From a candidate division WOR-3 bacterium (GTDB lineage: Bacteria > Hydrothermota > UBA3073): a stretch of DNA of 64,000 bases. The stretch lies in the NCBI GenBank assembly GCA_030606335.1, contig JAUWGP010000009.1, positions 10,363 through 74,362 on the forward strand, written 5' to 3'. The notes beneath the pieces are model-generated. The model made no database searches and had not been told where the DNA came from. It was given only the letters and a program-made list of their open reading frames with translations. The first letter of the stretch is position 1. Each line of letters begins with the position of its first letter. Of the stretch, positions 8,440 to 18,056 are shown in pieces. The translations under genes and the position numbers were made by a program.

Positions 8440-9581
8440 ATTTCTTCGATACTGTCAAGTATGATATGCGCAGCCTCCCTTTTAGCCATTTTAGGATAGG
8501 TTTTCAATTTGCTATCTTTTCCTATTATAGTAAATTCTGTATTATGACTTCCAACCACTGAACAGGGATTTGCTACAATCATATCAAGTGACTTTTCAAT
8601 TATTTTCCTCTTCGATTCCTTTATAAAATCATTATCTCCAACAGAAAATCCAATCAGTATTTTATTTTCTCTCCTCTTTCTTAACTTTTTTAGAATATCT
8701 TCAGTTTTTTTTAAGTGTAATGTCATTTTATCGTCTTTTCTCCTCAATTTTTTCTCACTAACCTCTACTGGACGGTAATCTGATACAGCAGCAGCCATTA
8801 TGACAATGTCATTATTATCTAAAAGATTAAGTAAAGTACTTTCCAACTCTTTTGTATTATGTATTCTTATGCCCTCAGTAATAGGGATATCGGTAGCTCC
8901 TTTAACTAGTGTGACAATAGCTCCTCTCTGTTTCGCCTCTTTTGCAATTTCATAACCCATAATTCCTGAAGACCTGTTACTAATAACCCTGATCGGATCT
9001 ATTTCCTCTTCAGTTCTTCCAGTAGTAACCAAAATTTTTACTCCACTTAAGGTAGAGGATTTTTTCATAACCTTGTATACATAATCCACTATTTTTAGGG
9101 GTTCTTGTAGTCTACCCTCTCCTTTGTCACCACAGGCAACCTCACCCCTCTCGGGTTTAAGTATGAAATAACCCAGTTCTATTAATCTCTTTATATTATC
9201 CTGTATAATTGGATTTTGCCACATATGAGGATTCATTGCAGGAGCGATAAACACAGGTTTCGTTGTAGCCGCAACTATCGATGTTAATAGGTCATCTGCA
9301 ATTCCAGCATTTATTTTGCCGATTATGTTGTAAGTTGCTGGTGCTATCAATATGAGGTCATTGGATGCAAGTTTTATATGTGCGGTTTGTTCCTGCTGAA
9401 CATATGCATCTTCAAATACTCTATGACCTGATAACACTGAAAGTGTAAGTGGAGAGATGAAATGATTTGCTCTATGGGTAAGAGCACAATATATATCATT
9501 ACCTCTTTTTTTGAATTCCCGAAGAATATATATCGATTTATATGCAGATATACTACCTGTTATTCCAAGGGTTATCTTCAA
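8424..9581 (-). CDS. coaBC: Bifunctional phosphopantothenoylcysteine decarboxylase / phosphopantothenate-cysteine ligase
   Basis: N-terminal flavoprotein domain (ITLGITGSISAYK) plus a C-terminal DFP/CoaB domain, 385 aa. Confidence 0.9.
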   Translation of the reverse strand: MKITLGITGSISAYKSIYILREFKKRGNDIYCALTHRANHFISPLTLSVLSGHRVFEDAYVQQEQTAHIKLASNDLILIAPATYNIIGKINAGIADDLLTSIVAATTKPVFIAPAMNPHMWQNPIIQDNIKRLIELGYFILKPERGEVACGDKGEGRLQEPLKIVDYVYKVMKKSSTLSGVKILVTTGRTEEEIDPIRVISNRSSGIMGYEIAKEAKQRGAIVTLVKGATDIPITEGIRIHNTKELESTLLNLLDNNDIVIMAAAVSDYRPVEVSEKKLRRKDDKMTLHLKKTEDILKKLRKRRENKILIGFSVGDNDFIKESKRKIIEKSLDMIVANPCSVVGSHNTEFTIIGKDSKLKTYPKMAKREAAHIILDSIEEIWKKR

Positions 9582-9775
9582 TCCTTCTCCTCTGTATACT
9601 CAATCTCACCATCAATAAATCGCTTCATTGCTGTAATTACTGGTTTTTCGGGACTTTGAGCCCCAATATGAAATATCCTTCTCGCCTCCTTTATTATGAT
9701 TACTAATGCCTTGTATTTATTTTCTTCAACTCCCCAAACATCCTCGATTGGTAAATTATATTCCTTCTTTTCCAT
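9578..9775 (-). CDS. rpoZ: DNA-directed RNA polymerase subunit omega
   Basis: Starting at the internal Met, the protein reads MEKKEYNLPIEDVWGVEENKYKALVIIIKEARRI.... The NKYxLVxxxxKxARRI pattern matches RpoZ. The longer ORF-track start would overlap gmk. The gmk-rpoZ-coaBC order is conserved in many bacteria. Confidence 0.7.
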   Translation of the reverse strand: MEKKEYNLPIEDVWGVEENKYKALVIIIKEARRIFHIGAQSPEKPVITAMKRFIDGEIEYTEEKD

Positions 9776-9863
9776 TTGCCCTCCTATAAATATTATGAAT
9801 TTAAAATAATTTATGCATTTATCTATAAACAATAGTTTGACAACCCCAGTAAAATTATATAAA

Positions 9864-10463
9864 TCATAATTTATTGGGAAATTCAGCCCTTTCGGTGGAA
9901 TGTTTCTCCGCAATTACTATTGCATCAATTTTTCTAATTGTATCCTCTAACATATCATTCCTCACAATATAATCAAATTGTACAGCCTTGCCAACCTCTT
10001 TCTCCACCTCTTCAATTCTTTTATTAATTACTTCATCTCTACCTCCTCTTTCTATTAGTCTTCTTTTCAGCTCTTCTATAGAGGGCGGTAACAAAAATAT
10101 GGCAATAGAATCACTTCTTTTCGACTTTAATGAAAGGGCACCCTGAATGTCAAGGTCACAAATAACACTAAAGCCACATCTAATAGTCTCCTCTACTGGT
10201 TTCTTGGGAGTACCATAGTAGTCATCATAAACAAGCGCCCACTCATAAAACCTATCATCTTCAATCCATTTTTTAAATGTAGGTATATCCAAAAAAAAGT
10301 AACTTTTACCATCAACCTCATCCTTTCGGGGTTTTCTTGTCGTTGCTGATATAGAATATTTTATATCTTTATGTAATTTCATAATCCCCTGTACCATCGT
10401 AGTTTTACCTACACCAGAAGGTCCTACAAGAACTATTAAAAATGGTTTATAAGACATTTTCAA
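9864..10463 (-). CDS. gmk: Guanylate kinase
   Basis: P-loop LVGPSGVGKTT and GMP-binding pattern, 199 aa. Confidence 0.9.
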   Translation of the reverse strand: MKMSYKPFLIVLVGPSGVGKTTMVQGIMKLHKDIKYSISATTRKPRKDEVDGKSYFFLDIPTFKKWIEDDRFYEWALVYDDYYGTPKKPVEETIRCGFSVICDLDIQGALSLKSKRSDSIAIFLLPPSIEELKRRLIERGGRDEVINKRIEEVEKEVGKAVQFDYIVRNDMLEDTIRKIDAIVIAEKHSTERAEFPNKL

Positions 10464-11271
10464 TCTCTTCTCTCAAGGATTCAACCTCTGTTTTTATATC
10501 AACTATAATTCGTGAAATAGGGGCATCTTGTATCTTGTTTGTTACTGTATTGGCTTCACGTAAAAGCTCCTGGAGGAGAAATAAAAGTCTTTTACCTTGC
10601 GATGTATTCTCACGTAGTATCTCATTTATACCTGACAAATGAAATTCTAATCTGCTAATTTCCTCTCCTACATTTATACGTTCAAGCAAATACAGACTAT
10701 CATATTCTTCTATGAAAGAAATTTTCTCTACCCTTTTTCGCTCTTTGTCAATCCTTTCTGGTATCCTCAATTTAACTTCTCGCAGCATTGAGGAAATATT
10801 TTTAACCCTTTCTCTTGTAACCTTCTCTATTCTTTTACCTTCTTTTTTTCTCATAAGCATTAGATTCTCCGATGCCTTACCTACAACAATTTGAGTTTCC
10901 TTCCAGACATCAAAAGCCTCTGATTCGTCAATATCGATTTTTAAAACACCACTGAACCCATACAGGTGGTCAATTGATATCCTCCCAGCTAAGTTTAAGG
11001 ACTCCTTAAGAACTTTTAAAGCGTCTCGATACCTCTTTGCTAACTCACTATCATACTTTATAACATTTGGTGTAACAGTAGTAATTATGTTACAGTAGAC
11101 CATACCTCGTAAAAGTTTATCTCGCAGTAGGGATTCTATTTTGTTTTCATACTTAGAGAGAAAAGGAGGTAAGCTTATAGATGCTCTAAAAAAACGATGA
11201 TTAAGAGACCTTAACTCGCATCTCACACTACCTTTTATTGCCTCGCCATATCCTGTCATACTTAATATCAT
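10447..11271 (-). CDS. yicC: YicC-family stress-induced protein
   Basis: N-terminal MILSMTGYGEA matches the YicC signature (MTGFG). It is conserved immediately upstream of gmk. Confidence 0.8.
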   Translation of the reverse strand: MILSMTGYGEAIKGSVRCELRSLNHRFFRASISLPPFLSKYENKIESLLRDKLLRGMVYCNIITTVTPNVIKYDSELAKRYRDALKVLKESLNLAGRISIDHLYGFSGVLKIDIDESEAFDVWKETQIVVGKASENLMLMRKKEGKRIEKVTRERVKNISSMLREVKLRIPERIDKERKRVEKISFIEEYDSLYLLERINVGEEISRLEFHLSGINEILRENTSQGKRLLFLLQELLREANTVTNKIQDAPISRIIVDIKTEVESLREEIENVL

Positions 11272-11302
11272 AATCTTTATGATGGTTATAAATTAAAAAA
11301 CT

Positions 11303-11740
11303 CTACAACTCTATTATAAGTGTAACTGGGCCATCATTTATAAGACCTATATGCATATATGCTCCAAAAATACCTTCTTTTACAGATATGTTATATTTAT
11401 TAAGTGCATCAATAAATTTCTGATAGAGTTTCCTGGCAAGTTCTGGTGTTGATGCCCTTGAAAAATCGGGTCTTCTTCCCTTATCTGTGCCTGCAAGAAG
11501 GGTAACCTGTGAAATCACAAGGCATTCTCCATTTACATCAATAAGAGATAAATTCATCCTTCTTACACTATCGGCAAAGCATCTAAGATTAACACACCTT
11601 TCTGCTAACTTAAGGACTTTATCTTCAGTATCGTCGTTGGCTACCCCTAAAAGTATAAGCAGACCATTTCCTATCTTACTTATTTGCTTTCCTTCAACAT
11701 GACAAGACGCCTTTTTAACTCTTTGAACAACTGCAATCAT
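11303..11740 (-). CDS. dtd: D-aminoacyl-tRNA deacylase
   Basis: From the internal Met, MIAVVQRVKKASCHVEGKQISKIGNGLLILLGV matches the Dtd N-terminus. Confidence 0.9.
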   Translation of the reverse strand: MIAVVQRVKKASCHVEGKQISKIGNGLLILLGVANDDTEDKVLKLAERCVNLRCFADSVRRMNLSLIDVNGECLVISQVTLLAGTDKGRRPDFSRASTPELARKLYQKFIDALNKYNISVKEGIFGAYMHIGLINDGPVTLIIEL

Positions 11741-11889
11741 ATAAGATAACAATTTCTAATGTCGAATATCTAATAAATACCTGACAGTAAGTTATTGACT
11801 AATTGACCAATAAAGTCTCCTGTCTGTGATCCATAGTAATTAATTTGTTTTTTGTCATTTGGATTTAATTAGTCATTAGATATTTGTCA

Positions 11890-12501
11890 TTAGTCATTTT
11901 CTTTCTCTCTATTATCCACTTCAGTAATCACAGAAATAATTTCGTCTGCAAATACCTTAGAAGCTGCTGGACCATCTGCAGTAACTATATTTTTGTCTCT
12001 CTCTACTTCGTTTCCAGTATATATAACATCTTCTTCTTCAAAAAGTTTCTTTGCTCCAGGGCTGGCACATACGGTTGCCTTCCTTTCTTTTAATAAACCT
12101 GCCCTGGCAAGAATACCTGGTGCAAGGCATATAGCACCAATTATTCTACCTGAATCAGCAGCCTCTATAAGATTCTTATGTAAATGCTCATTACCCCAGA
12201 AGATTACGGAACCGCTACCACCCACAAGTATTATTACATCAAAGTCCTTAAGCGAAATATCGTCTAATCGCATATCAGGCTTAACAGAAATCTCAAGCAT
12301 GCCTATTGCAGTCGTTGTGTCTTCTGAAGCAACAGAAACTTCCGCTCCAAGCCCTTCAAAAATCTCCCTGGGTATAAGATACTCTTCATCCCTGAAATTT
12401 TTCTGGGATATGACGAAAACTATATTGGTTCCTTGTAAAGGGTACGTAAGCTCCGCAGGTGTTGTTGTATATAAGAGTGTAATGAAAAATAAATATAACA
12501 T
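11890..12501 (-). CDS. DJ-1/PfpI-family protein with signal peptide
   Basis: Class I glutamine-amidotransferase-like fold with a nucleophile-elbow Cys (GAICLAP) and a hydrophobic N-terminus. Confidence 0.75.
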   Translation of the reverse strand: MLYLFFITLLYTTTPAELTYPLQGTNIVFVISQKNFRDEEYLIPREIFEGLGAEVSVASEDTTTAIGMLEISVKPDMRLDDISLKDFDVIILVGGSGSVIFWGNEHLHKNLIEAADSGRIIGAICLAPGILARAGLLKERKATVCASPGAKKLFEEEDVIYTGNEVERDKNIVTADGPAASKVFADEIISVITEVDNREKEND

Positions 12502-12727
12502 GTTCTAACCCTCCTTCATTATTAAACCTGAACCTTTAAGAAAATTCGTAGTTAGTTAATATTAAGAGGATAGAAATAAAAATACAAACATTGTTTATCG
12601 TTGTCGATGCTCGTAACGATGCTCGATTTTTTGATGCTCGAAGCTTGTTATGTCTTTTCCCACTCTCATGCTTCCAGCCTCAAGTCTCATTACCTGCCTA
12701 CCGTCAGGCAGGCAAGCTTCCTTACTG

Positions 12728-12812
12728 TTTACCCTGTTAAATATCATAACTATAAATGCCAGTGAGCAACAGTAAACGCTTCTATTTAACGGGGTGAACC
12801 CCGTTAAATATA
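12728..12812. repeat. Family B palindromic element variant (CCCTGTTAAATA ... TATTTAACGGGG-TGAA-CCCCGTTAAATA)
   Basis: The right arm is itself a perfect 12-bp hairpin with a TGAA loop. The hairpin CCTGCCTACCGTCAGGCAGG lies just upstream at 12697-12716. Confidence 0.7.
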
Positions 12813-12819
12813 TTATTAT

Positions 12820-13143
12820 CTACCCTCTTACAAGCATCTCCATAAATTGAAGAACTCTATCTCTCTCCTTGTTTGAAATCACACTATCAATCATAACAGT
12901 GTCAACCATAGTAGAAAGAGCTTTTAATTCATTCTTTCTAAGCTTCTTCCGTCTGAAGGCGGATATCATCAACTTATCAAGATTTATAATTCTTAAGCTA
13001 TCCTCTGTTACAGCATCGACAAGCAGAACATTCATAAGTTCATTCATTCCCTTTCTAAACATATTTAATGCAATTCTTTCACCTACTAAAAGAAACAGCA
13101 ATAGAATACAGACAAGTGCAACAAACATTATAGACAATTTCAT
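12820..13143 (-). CDS. Hypothetical small membrane protein
   Basis: N-terminal TM segment. 4-bp overlap with the upstream VanZ-like gene. Confidence 0.4.
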   Translation of the reverse strand: MKLSIMFVALVCILLLFLLVGERIALNMFRKGMNELMNVLLVDAVTEDSLRIINLDKLMISAFRRKKLRKNELKALSTMVDTVMIDSVISNKERDRVLQFMEMLVRG

Positions 13144-13463
13144 AATGTAAAAATTAGAACCCCAACAACAACCCCAATAATATCTGCGAAAATATCCTTG
13201 TAACTCGGATTACCTCTGCATGTAAGGTCATATAATTCCTTGCAGATACCAATAGATAGAGACACCCCAACTGCAATTTGACTTGCATTCCTTTCTGAAC
13301 AACTAAACTCGTAATGGCTCATATAATAGGTAGTTCCTAATAGGAATGCAGATACAAATATGTGTTCAAATTTATCCTCTGATATCCATCTATCCTGTAT
13401 GTCAACTACATATAATGAATCAACAGGAGTAAATATAAGAAAATAAACAAACAAGAAAGGCAT
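13140..13463 (-). CDS. VanZ-like family membrane protein
   Basis: DKFEHIFVSAFLLG and a C-terminal DIFADIIGVVVGV pattern resemble the VanZ family. Confidence 0.45.
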   Translation of the reverse strand: MPFLFVYFLIFTPVDSLYVVDIQDRWISEDKFEHIFVSAFLLGTTYYMSHYEFSCSERNASQIAVGVSLSIGICKELYDLTCRGNPSYKDIFADIIGVVVGVLIFTL

Positions 13464-13508
13464 TGTAAACTAAATTAAAAAATTCCAGAGTTTCCTATAA
13501 GCAGTTTT

Positions 13509-16085
13509 TTATTTAATAAATATAACCTTCTTTCTTATTCCCCTATCTATTTCCAAATAGTATATCCCACTTGAAACTTCAACCCCATTATTATCTATCC
13601 CGTTCCATATGAGAACATTTTGTTTGCCAGATATAACACATATAAGACGACCAGATATGTCATATATCTTTATCGAGGATTTACCTGGATTTCCACCAAT
13701 TATTCCATAATCAATCTTTAGTAATCCCTTTGCTGGATTAGGATATATATTCGGTAGGGATCTCTTTACATCTTCAGTAACTCCAGTCTCTATCAAGGTA
13801 AAACTTTCTGGGAAACAGCAAAGCCCTCTCTCAAGCGAGTCTTCGGCATATGATCTCCAGTAATAAGTTCCAATTGGTAACTGCAGCTCACAAATGGTTG
13901 TATCTATCCCCTCTTCTATTCCAGTTGTATCAATTATAAGATTTGTAAGGAGCGAATCTGTATAAACCTTAAAACCATAGCTAAGTTCATCACCATCCTG
14001 GTCCACAGCATTCTCCACCACGAGTATTGATGAGTATATCGTATCTCCATCAACCGGATAACGTGGAATAGGTGATGATGGTGCATGATTACCAGGCGAA
14101 GACGCAGTAATAGCAACGTCATCGATGTACCAACCATCTTCTGTAACATAGGTGTCGGTATCTATCCTGAATCTAATCCTTAGACTTGCTTCTCCACAAT
14201 AATCTTCTAAGGATATACATTCTTGTATCCATAATGATTGCTGACCTGTAAATCCCTTTAGAGTTGACCATGTTATACCCCCATTTATCGAAACCTCACA
14301 ATATCCGTAGTCCCAACCATACTCGATAAAGTATTCGTGATAGAATGAGAGTTCTGCATAGGATGCACAGGAAAGGTCTACATAACAATTCATGGTCATT
14401 GATCTATCCCAGTTATTACTATAATTCCCACCTGGACTATCTGTTGCAGAGTTATTCGGGGAGTGTGACTGTGATGATGTAATTGCCCAGGGTGAATCCC
14501 ATATCCAATTTCCTCCTCCTTCTTCGAAATCATCAAAAAATACAAAAGTAGGCTCTCCAACTATATCATTAAACTCTGATTGTGAAAAATAATCGTTGCC
14601 AACCAGTGTAAGTAAGAAAGGCACCATATGCCCTTCAGGACAATCTGGAGAACAGGAAAACCTGTAGGGATTGACAGAAACAGTCTCTTCTTGCTCTGAC
14701 ATATATCCAAACGTCGATAGGGCATTTTCAAGTTCTATATAAGCATCTCTTGTGGATAATAAACCACTTACTCTGCTTACACCATCAAAAATTCCTACAT
14801 TCTCAATTATAATCGGCATATCAATGGTTTCTGAGGTATCAATACCTCCATCTCCGTTTCCATATTCACTATCTTCAACACTATGCTCTTTATAGGTCAA
14901 ATATGGACCAGAGGCAAGACCAAGCTTTATGTTCATTGGGATGCACTCATTTAGATTTCTCTGTATGGCTGCTTCATCCCAGAAATATGCTCCATCAACC
15001 TCAGGAGAGAGCGAGTAACATCCCTTCTCACCATAGAACCAATCTAATGTTCCACCATTAACATTATATAGAAGGTCTCCTGGCGTACCATATCGATAGT
15101 TATTATCACTCGTAAGGTATATTGCAAAAGGCTCGTAATATTCAGTATAATCAGGAGGGAGTTCACCATTATAACCCCAGGGATGTAATAACATTCCACC
15201 ATAGGAGTGATAACAAAGGTTTGAAATAAAATTATATTCTTCAACAAACTGAATATACGCCTGGGTTTCTGGTTCAGATGCAGGAGAGGGACCTCTATAT
15301 GTCTCATCCCACATATATGGTGATGAGCCTACATCGTCGTATCCCCACATATATGGAAAGTTCCTGTTGAGATCAACTCCGTATGTATACCTTATAAACT
15401 TGTCATCCTCATCTGAACGTCTATTCTTTCGCCACATCCCTCCACCACCAGGATTTGTGCTCTCGTTATATAGATATCCATCTGGATTTAATATTGGAAT
15501 AAAGTAAAGCTGTCTGTTATTAAGCAGGAATGTTATCTCAGGGTCATCACCATAATTCTGGAGAAGGGTTCTCATGCTTTCTACTAAAACATTTACAGTA
15601 ACGGGTTCTCTGGCATGGATGCAGGCATCATAAAGGACTTCTGGTTCATCCTCATCAATCTCAGGATTATCAGATATCTTTAGAGCATATATCTTATTAC
15701 CCCGCCATCCCTCACCAATCTCCCATCTTATCTTTACCAACTCTGGATAACTCATTGTAAGAGAATCGATAATTGCATATGCCTCGTCAAACGTATAAAA
15801 ATCCCCAAAGCCCTCCCTACCACTCATCTTACTTGAGTAATACTCCTCCATATCAGCGATAATAACCTCATAATTTTCACCCTCGATTTGATACATCTTA
15901 TGTTCAGGAACCACAGCTTCAACTGCTATACCCTTCTTTACCTTTACAATATCAAGTCCCAAACTTGCAATTCCTGCAACATCATCTGTATAAAACCTTA
16001 TAAGGCTGTATCTTGGATTAGCTTCGAGTAAATTTGATAATAAAAGAAAAAGTACAAGGAATATTACCAATGTAATACGTTTCAA
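13509..16085 (-). CDS. Secreted M14-family zinc carboxypeptidase with C-terminal T9SS (type A) sorting domain
   Basis: Signal peptide, then M14 motifs HAREP...NPDG...WRKNRR...GVDLNRNF. C-terminal KIYDISGRLI...GIYYLEIDRG...K fits a Por secretion tail. Confidence 0.85.
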   Translation of the reverse strand: MKRITLVIFLVLFLLLSNLLEANPRYSLIRFYTDDVAGIASLGLDIVKVKKGIAVEAVVPEHKMYQIEGENYEVIIADMEEYYSSKMSGREGFGDFYTFDEAYAIIDSLTMSYPELVKIRWEIGEGWRGNKIYALKISDNPEIDEDEPEVLYDACIHAREPVTVNVLVESMRTLLQNYGDDPEITFLLNNRQLYFIPILNPDGYLYNESTNPGGGGMWRKNRRSDEDDKFIRYTYGVDLNRNFPYMWGYDDVGSSPYMWDETYRGPSPASEPETQAYIQFVEEYNFISNLCYHSYGGMLLHPWGYNGELPPDYTEYYEPFAIYLTSDNNYRYGTPGDLLYNVNGGTLDWFYGEKGCYSLSPEVDGAYFWDEAAIQRNLNECIPMNIKLGLASGPYLTYKEHSVEDSEYGNGDGGIDTSETIDMPIIIENVGIFDGVSRVSGLLSTRDAYIELENALSTFGYMSEQEETVSVNPYRFSCSPDCPEGHMVPFLLTLVGNDYFSQSEFNDIVGEPTFVFFDDFEEGGGNWIWDSPWAITSSQSHSPNNSATDSPGGNYSNNWDRSMTMNCYVDLSCASYAELSFYHEYFIEYGWDYGYCEVSINGGITWSTLKGFTGQQSLWIQECISLEDYCGEASLRIRFRIDTDTYVTEDGWYIDDVAITASSPGNHAPSSPIPRYPVDGDTIYSSILVVENAVDQDGDELSYGFKVYTDSLLTNLIIDTTGIEEGIDTTICELQLPIGTYYWRSYAEDSLERGLCCFPESFTLIETGVTEDVKRSLPNIYPNPAKGLLKIDYGIIGGNPGKSSIKIYDISGRLICVISGKQNVLIWNGIDNNGVEVSSGIYYLEIDRGIRKKVIFIK

Positions 16086-16103
16086 AACACCCCCTTTTTG
16101 TAG

Positions 16104-16123
16104 TGCCCCACCTTGGCGGGGCA
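16104..16123. repeat. GC hairpin, family C copy (GCCCCACCTTGGCGGGGCAG)
   Basis: One of six copies of the consensus CTGCCCCGCC-loop-GGCGGGG(TGAATG) in this window. Confidence 0.6.
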
Positions 16124-16229
16124 GGCAATAACCATGTTTATTCTGTAAAGGGATACTCTATGGCGTTATCACATACTCCGTTTTTATAGCGTAATATGAA
16201 ATAACAAACAGATTATAACTCAAGAACCT

Positions 16230-17543
16230 CTAATAAATATTTAAATATTTTTCGATTTCCCAGCTTGAGACCTGAGTAGAATACTCCTCCCACTCTCTCC
16301 TTTTGATATTCAGATACTTCTTTTTTAGATTTTCACCAAGTGTTCTTTTAACAATATCCGAGTTCTCGAATTCATCCAATGCCTCAAACAATGACCTTGG
16401 TAATGTAGTCATTCCTTCCAAAGATTCATCATCTAACTCAAACACATTCTCTTCATGTGGTGTAGAGGGAGCAAGTTTTTGCTCAATACCGTCCAGACCA
16501 GCCATTATCAGGGATGCAAATGCAAGATAGGGGTTTGCCGATGGATCCGGACACCTAATCTCAAGTCTCCTTGAATCCAACTTCCCTTTGCTAATTCTGG
16601 GCACCCTGATAAGGGCAGAGCGATTCATCTGTCCCCAGCATATATACACAGGAGCCTCATAGCCCGAAATAAGTCTTTTGTAAGAGTTTATAGTAGGTGC
16701 AAGGAGTACACATATCTCTCTGGCATGCTTAAGCTGACCACCAAGATAATTATAAGCAAGTTCAGACAATCCATATTTATCACTATTATCTGCAAATGCA
16801 TTTTTATCATTTATAAAGATACTCTGATGTAGATGCATTCCATTGCCGGGTTTACCAAAAACTGGCTTGGGCATGAATGTTGCTACTGTTCCATACCTTT
16901 CTGCTGTGCGTTTTATTATAGTCTTTGCTGTTACTACGCTATCAGCAATTGTAAGGGCATCTGTATATTTAAGGTCTATCTCATGTTGACCTGGTCCAAC
17001 CTCGTGATGCCCAGTCTCCACAGCAATACCAAGTTCGTGAAGTTTTTCTGTAATCTCTTTTCTCATTTTCAGTGCTATATCCCCTTCCAGGTCAAAATAC
17101 CCTACCCTGTCATAAAACATAGGTGTCACACTATCATCCCTGCGGAATAGATAAAATTCGAGTTCTGCTCCAATATTGATATTATATCCACTATCTAAAG
17201 CAACCTTAATTGCTCTTTTTAGAACTCCTCTTGGGTCACCTGAAAATGGAGAATGGTCCGGAGAATATACATCACATATCACTCTTGCTGATAGTGGTTC
17301 CTCTTTACCCAAGGGAAGAAAAGTATTAATATCAGGTATAAGGTACATATCGCTCTCATAAATCCTACCAAATCCCTCAACCGAGGAACCATCGAACCAT
17401 ATTCCTTCACTGACAGCCTTCTTGAACTCATTTCGAGGAATTGTAAGATTCTTGATACATCCAAGTATATCAGTAAACCAGAGATCGATAAACTTTATAT
17501 CTTTCCTTTCCATATCCTTTAATATTCCATCAATTTTCTGCAT
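16230..17543 (-). CDS. glnA: Glutamine synthetase (short type I-like)
   Basis: GS catalytic-domain motifs (FDGSSVEGF, ATP-binding region), 437 aa. Confidence 0.9.
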   Translation of the reverse strand: MQKIDGILKDMERKDIKFIDLWFTDILGCIKNLTIPRNEFKKAVSEGIWFDGSSVEGFGRIYESDMYLIPDINTFLPLGKEEPLSARVICDVYSPDHSPFSGDPRGVLKRAIKVALDSGYNINIGAELEFYLFRRDDSVTPMFYDRVGYFDLEGDIALKMRKEITEKLHELGIAVETGHHEVGPGQHEIDLKYTDALTIADSVVTAKTIIKRTAERYGTVATFMPKPVFGKPGNGMHLHQSIFINDKNAFADNSDKYGLSELAYNYLGGQLKHAREICVLLAPTINSYKRLISGYEAPVYICWGQMNRSALIRVPRISKGKLDSRRLEIRCPDPSANPYLAFASLIMAGLDGIEQKLAPSTPHEENVFELDDESLEGMTTLPRSLFEALDEFENSDIVKRTLGENLKKKYLNIKRREWEEYSTQVSSWEIEKYLNIY

Positions 17544-17590
17544 CTTTTTAACACATTAAAATTACAAAAAAAACTTGATTACAAATATTA

Positions 17591-17619
17591 ATTATAACAG
17601 ATTTTTTTGCATTTGTCAA
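17591..17619 (-). promoter_or_regulatory. Perfect sigma70 promoter for glnA (TTGACA-N17-TATAAT on minus strand)
   Basis: The complement of 17614-17619 is TTGACA. A 17-nt spacer follows. The complement of 17591-17596 is TATAAT. About 48 nt lie between the -10 and the glnA start. Confidence 0.6.
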
Positions 17620-17768
17620 TAAATTTCTGTTTGTCACCTGAATAATTTATATATCTCGATTAAATTATCCTGGTAAGAAGTTTGTTGATGCTCCTGTGAA
17701 AATATAAACCAACTTCACTTTCACTCTTCACTTTTCGCAAACTGTTCTCTGTGGTTCGAAATATTTTC

Positions 17769-17797
17769 TTGACAAAAATTTAAATTCGTGTTATAAT
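17769..17797 (+). promoter_or_regulatory. Perfect sigma70 promoter TTGACA-N17-TATAAT upstream of a family B element and pdxJ
   Basis: TTGACA at 17769-17774, a 17-nt spacer, TATAAT at 17792-17797. It is flanked by CTCTGTGGTT (17747-17756) and AACCACAGAT (17816-17825), which are inverted repeats of each other. Confidence 0.6.
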
Positions 17798-17817
17798 AAT
17801 CCCAGAATATGCACAAA

Positions 17818-17903
17818 CCACAGATTCACCCTGTTAAATATTTATAAAAGCAAATTGTTTGTAGTCACAAATTGGGCTTTATTTAACAGGGTAAACACAG
17901 ATT
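17818..17903. repeat. Family B palindromic element (CCACAGATTCAC-CCTGTTAAATA ... TATTTAACAGGG-TAAACACAGATT)
   Basis: 12-bp stem with about a 45-nt loop and a conserved CACAGATT flanking direct repeat. It lies between the promoter at 17769 and pdxJ. Confidence 0.8.
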
Positions 17904-18011
17904 ATTTTAAAAAAACAGTAATTAGGTCATTGGGTAATTAAGTAATTTAAGAACACATTTGGAAATAACTCAATTACTTAATAACTCAATCGATTGCATC
18001 TTGTGATAATC

Positions 18012-18038
18012 CCTGCCCCGCCAAAGGCGGGGTGAATG
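18012..18038. repeat. GC hairpin, family C (CTGCCCCGCCAAAGGCGGGGTGAATGG)
   Basis: 7-bp GC stem. The context CTGCCCCGCC...GGCGGGGTGAATG is identical to the copy at 45870. Confidence 0.7.
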
Positions 18039-18056
18039 GTTTCTTAATACACAATT

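Noticed and set aside
9578-9913. 111-aa ORF as a distinct protein
   Set aside because: The N-terminal 46 codons overlap gmk and have no homology. The RpoZ-like sequence begins at the internal Met (9775), so the shorter gene is called instead.
12600-12650. GATGCTCG x3 short direct repeat as a regulator binding array
   Set aside because: It is too short and degenerate, and could arise by chance in this repetitive spacer. I did not pursue it.
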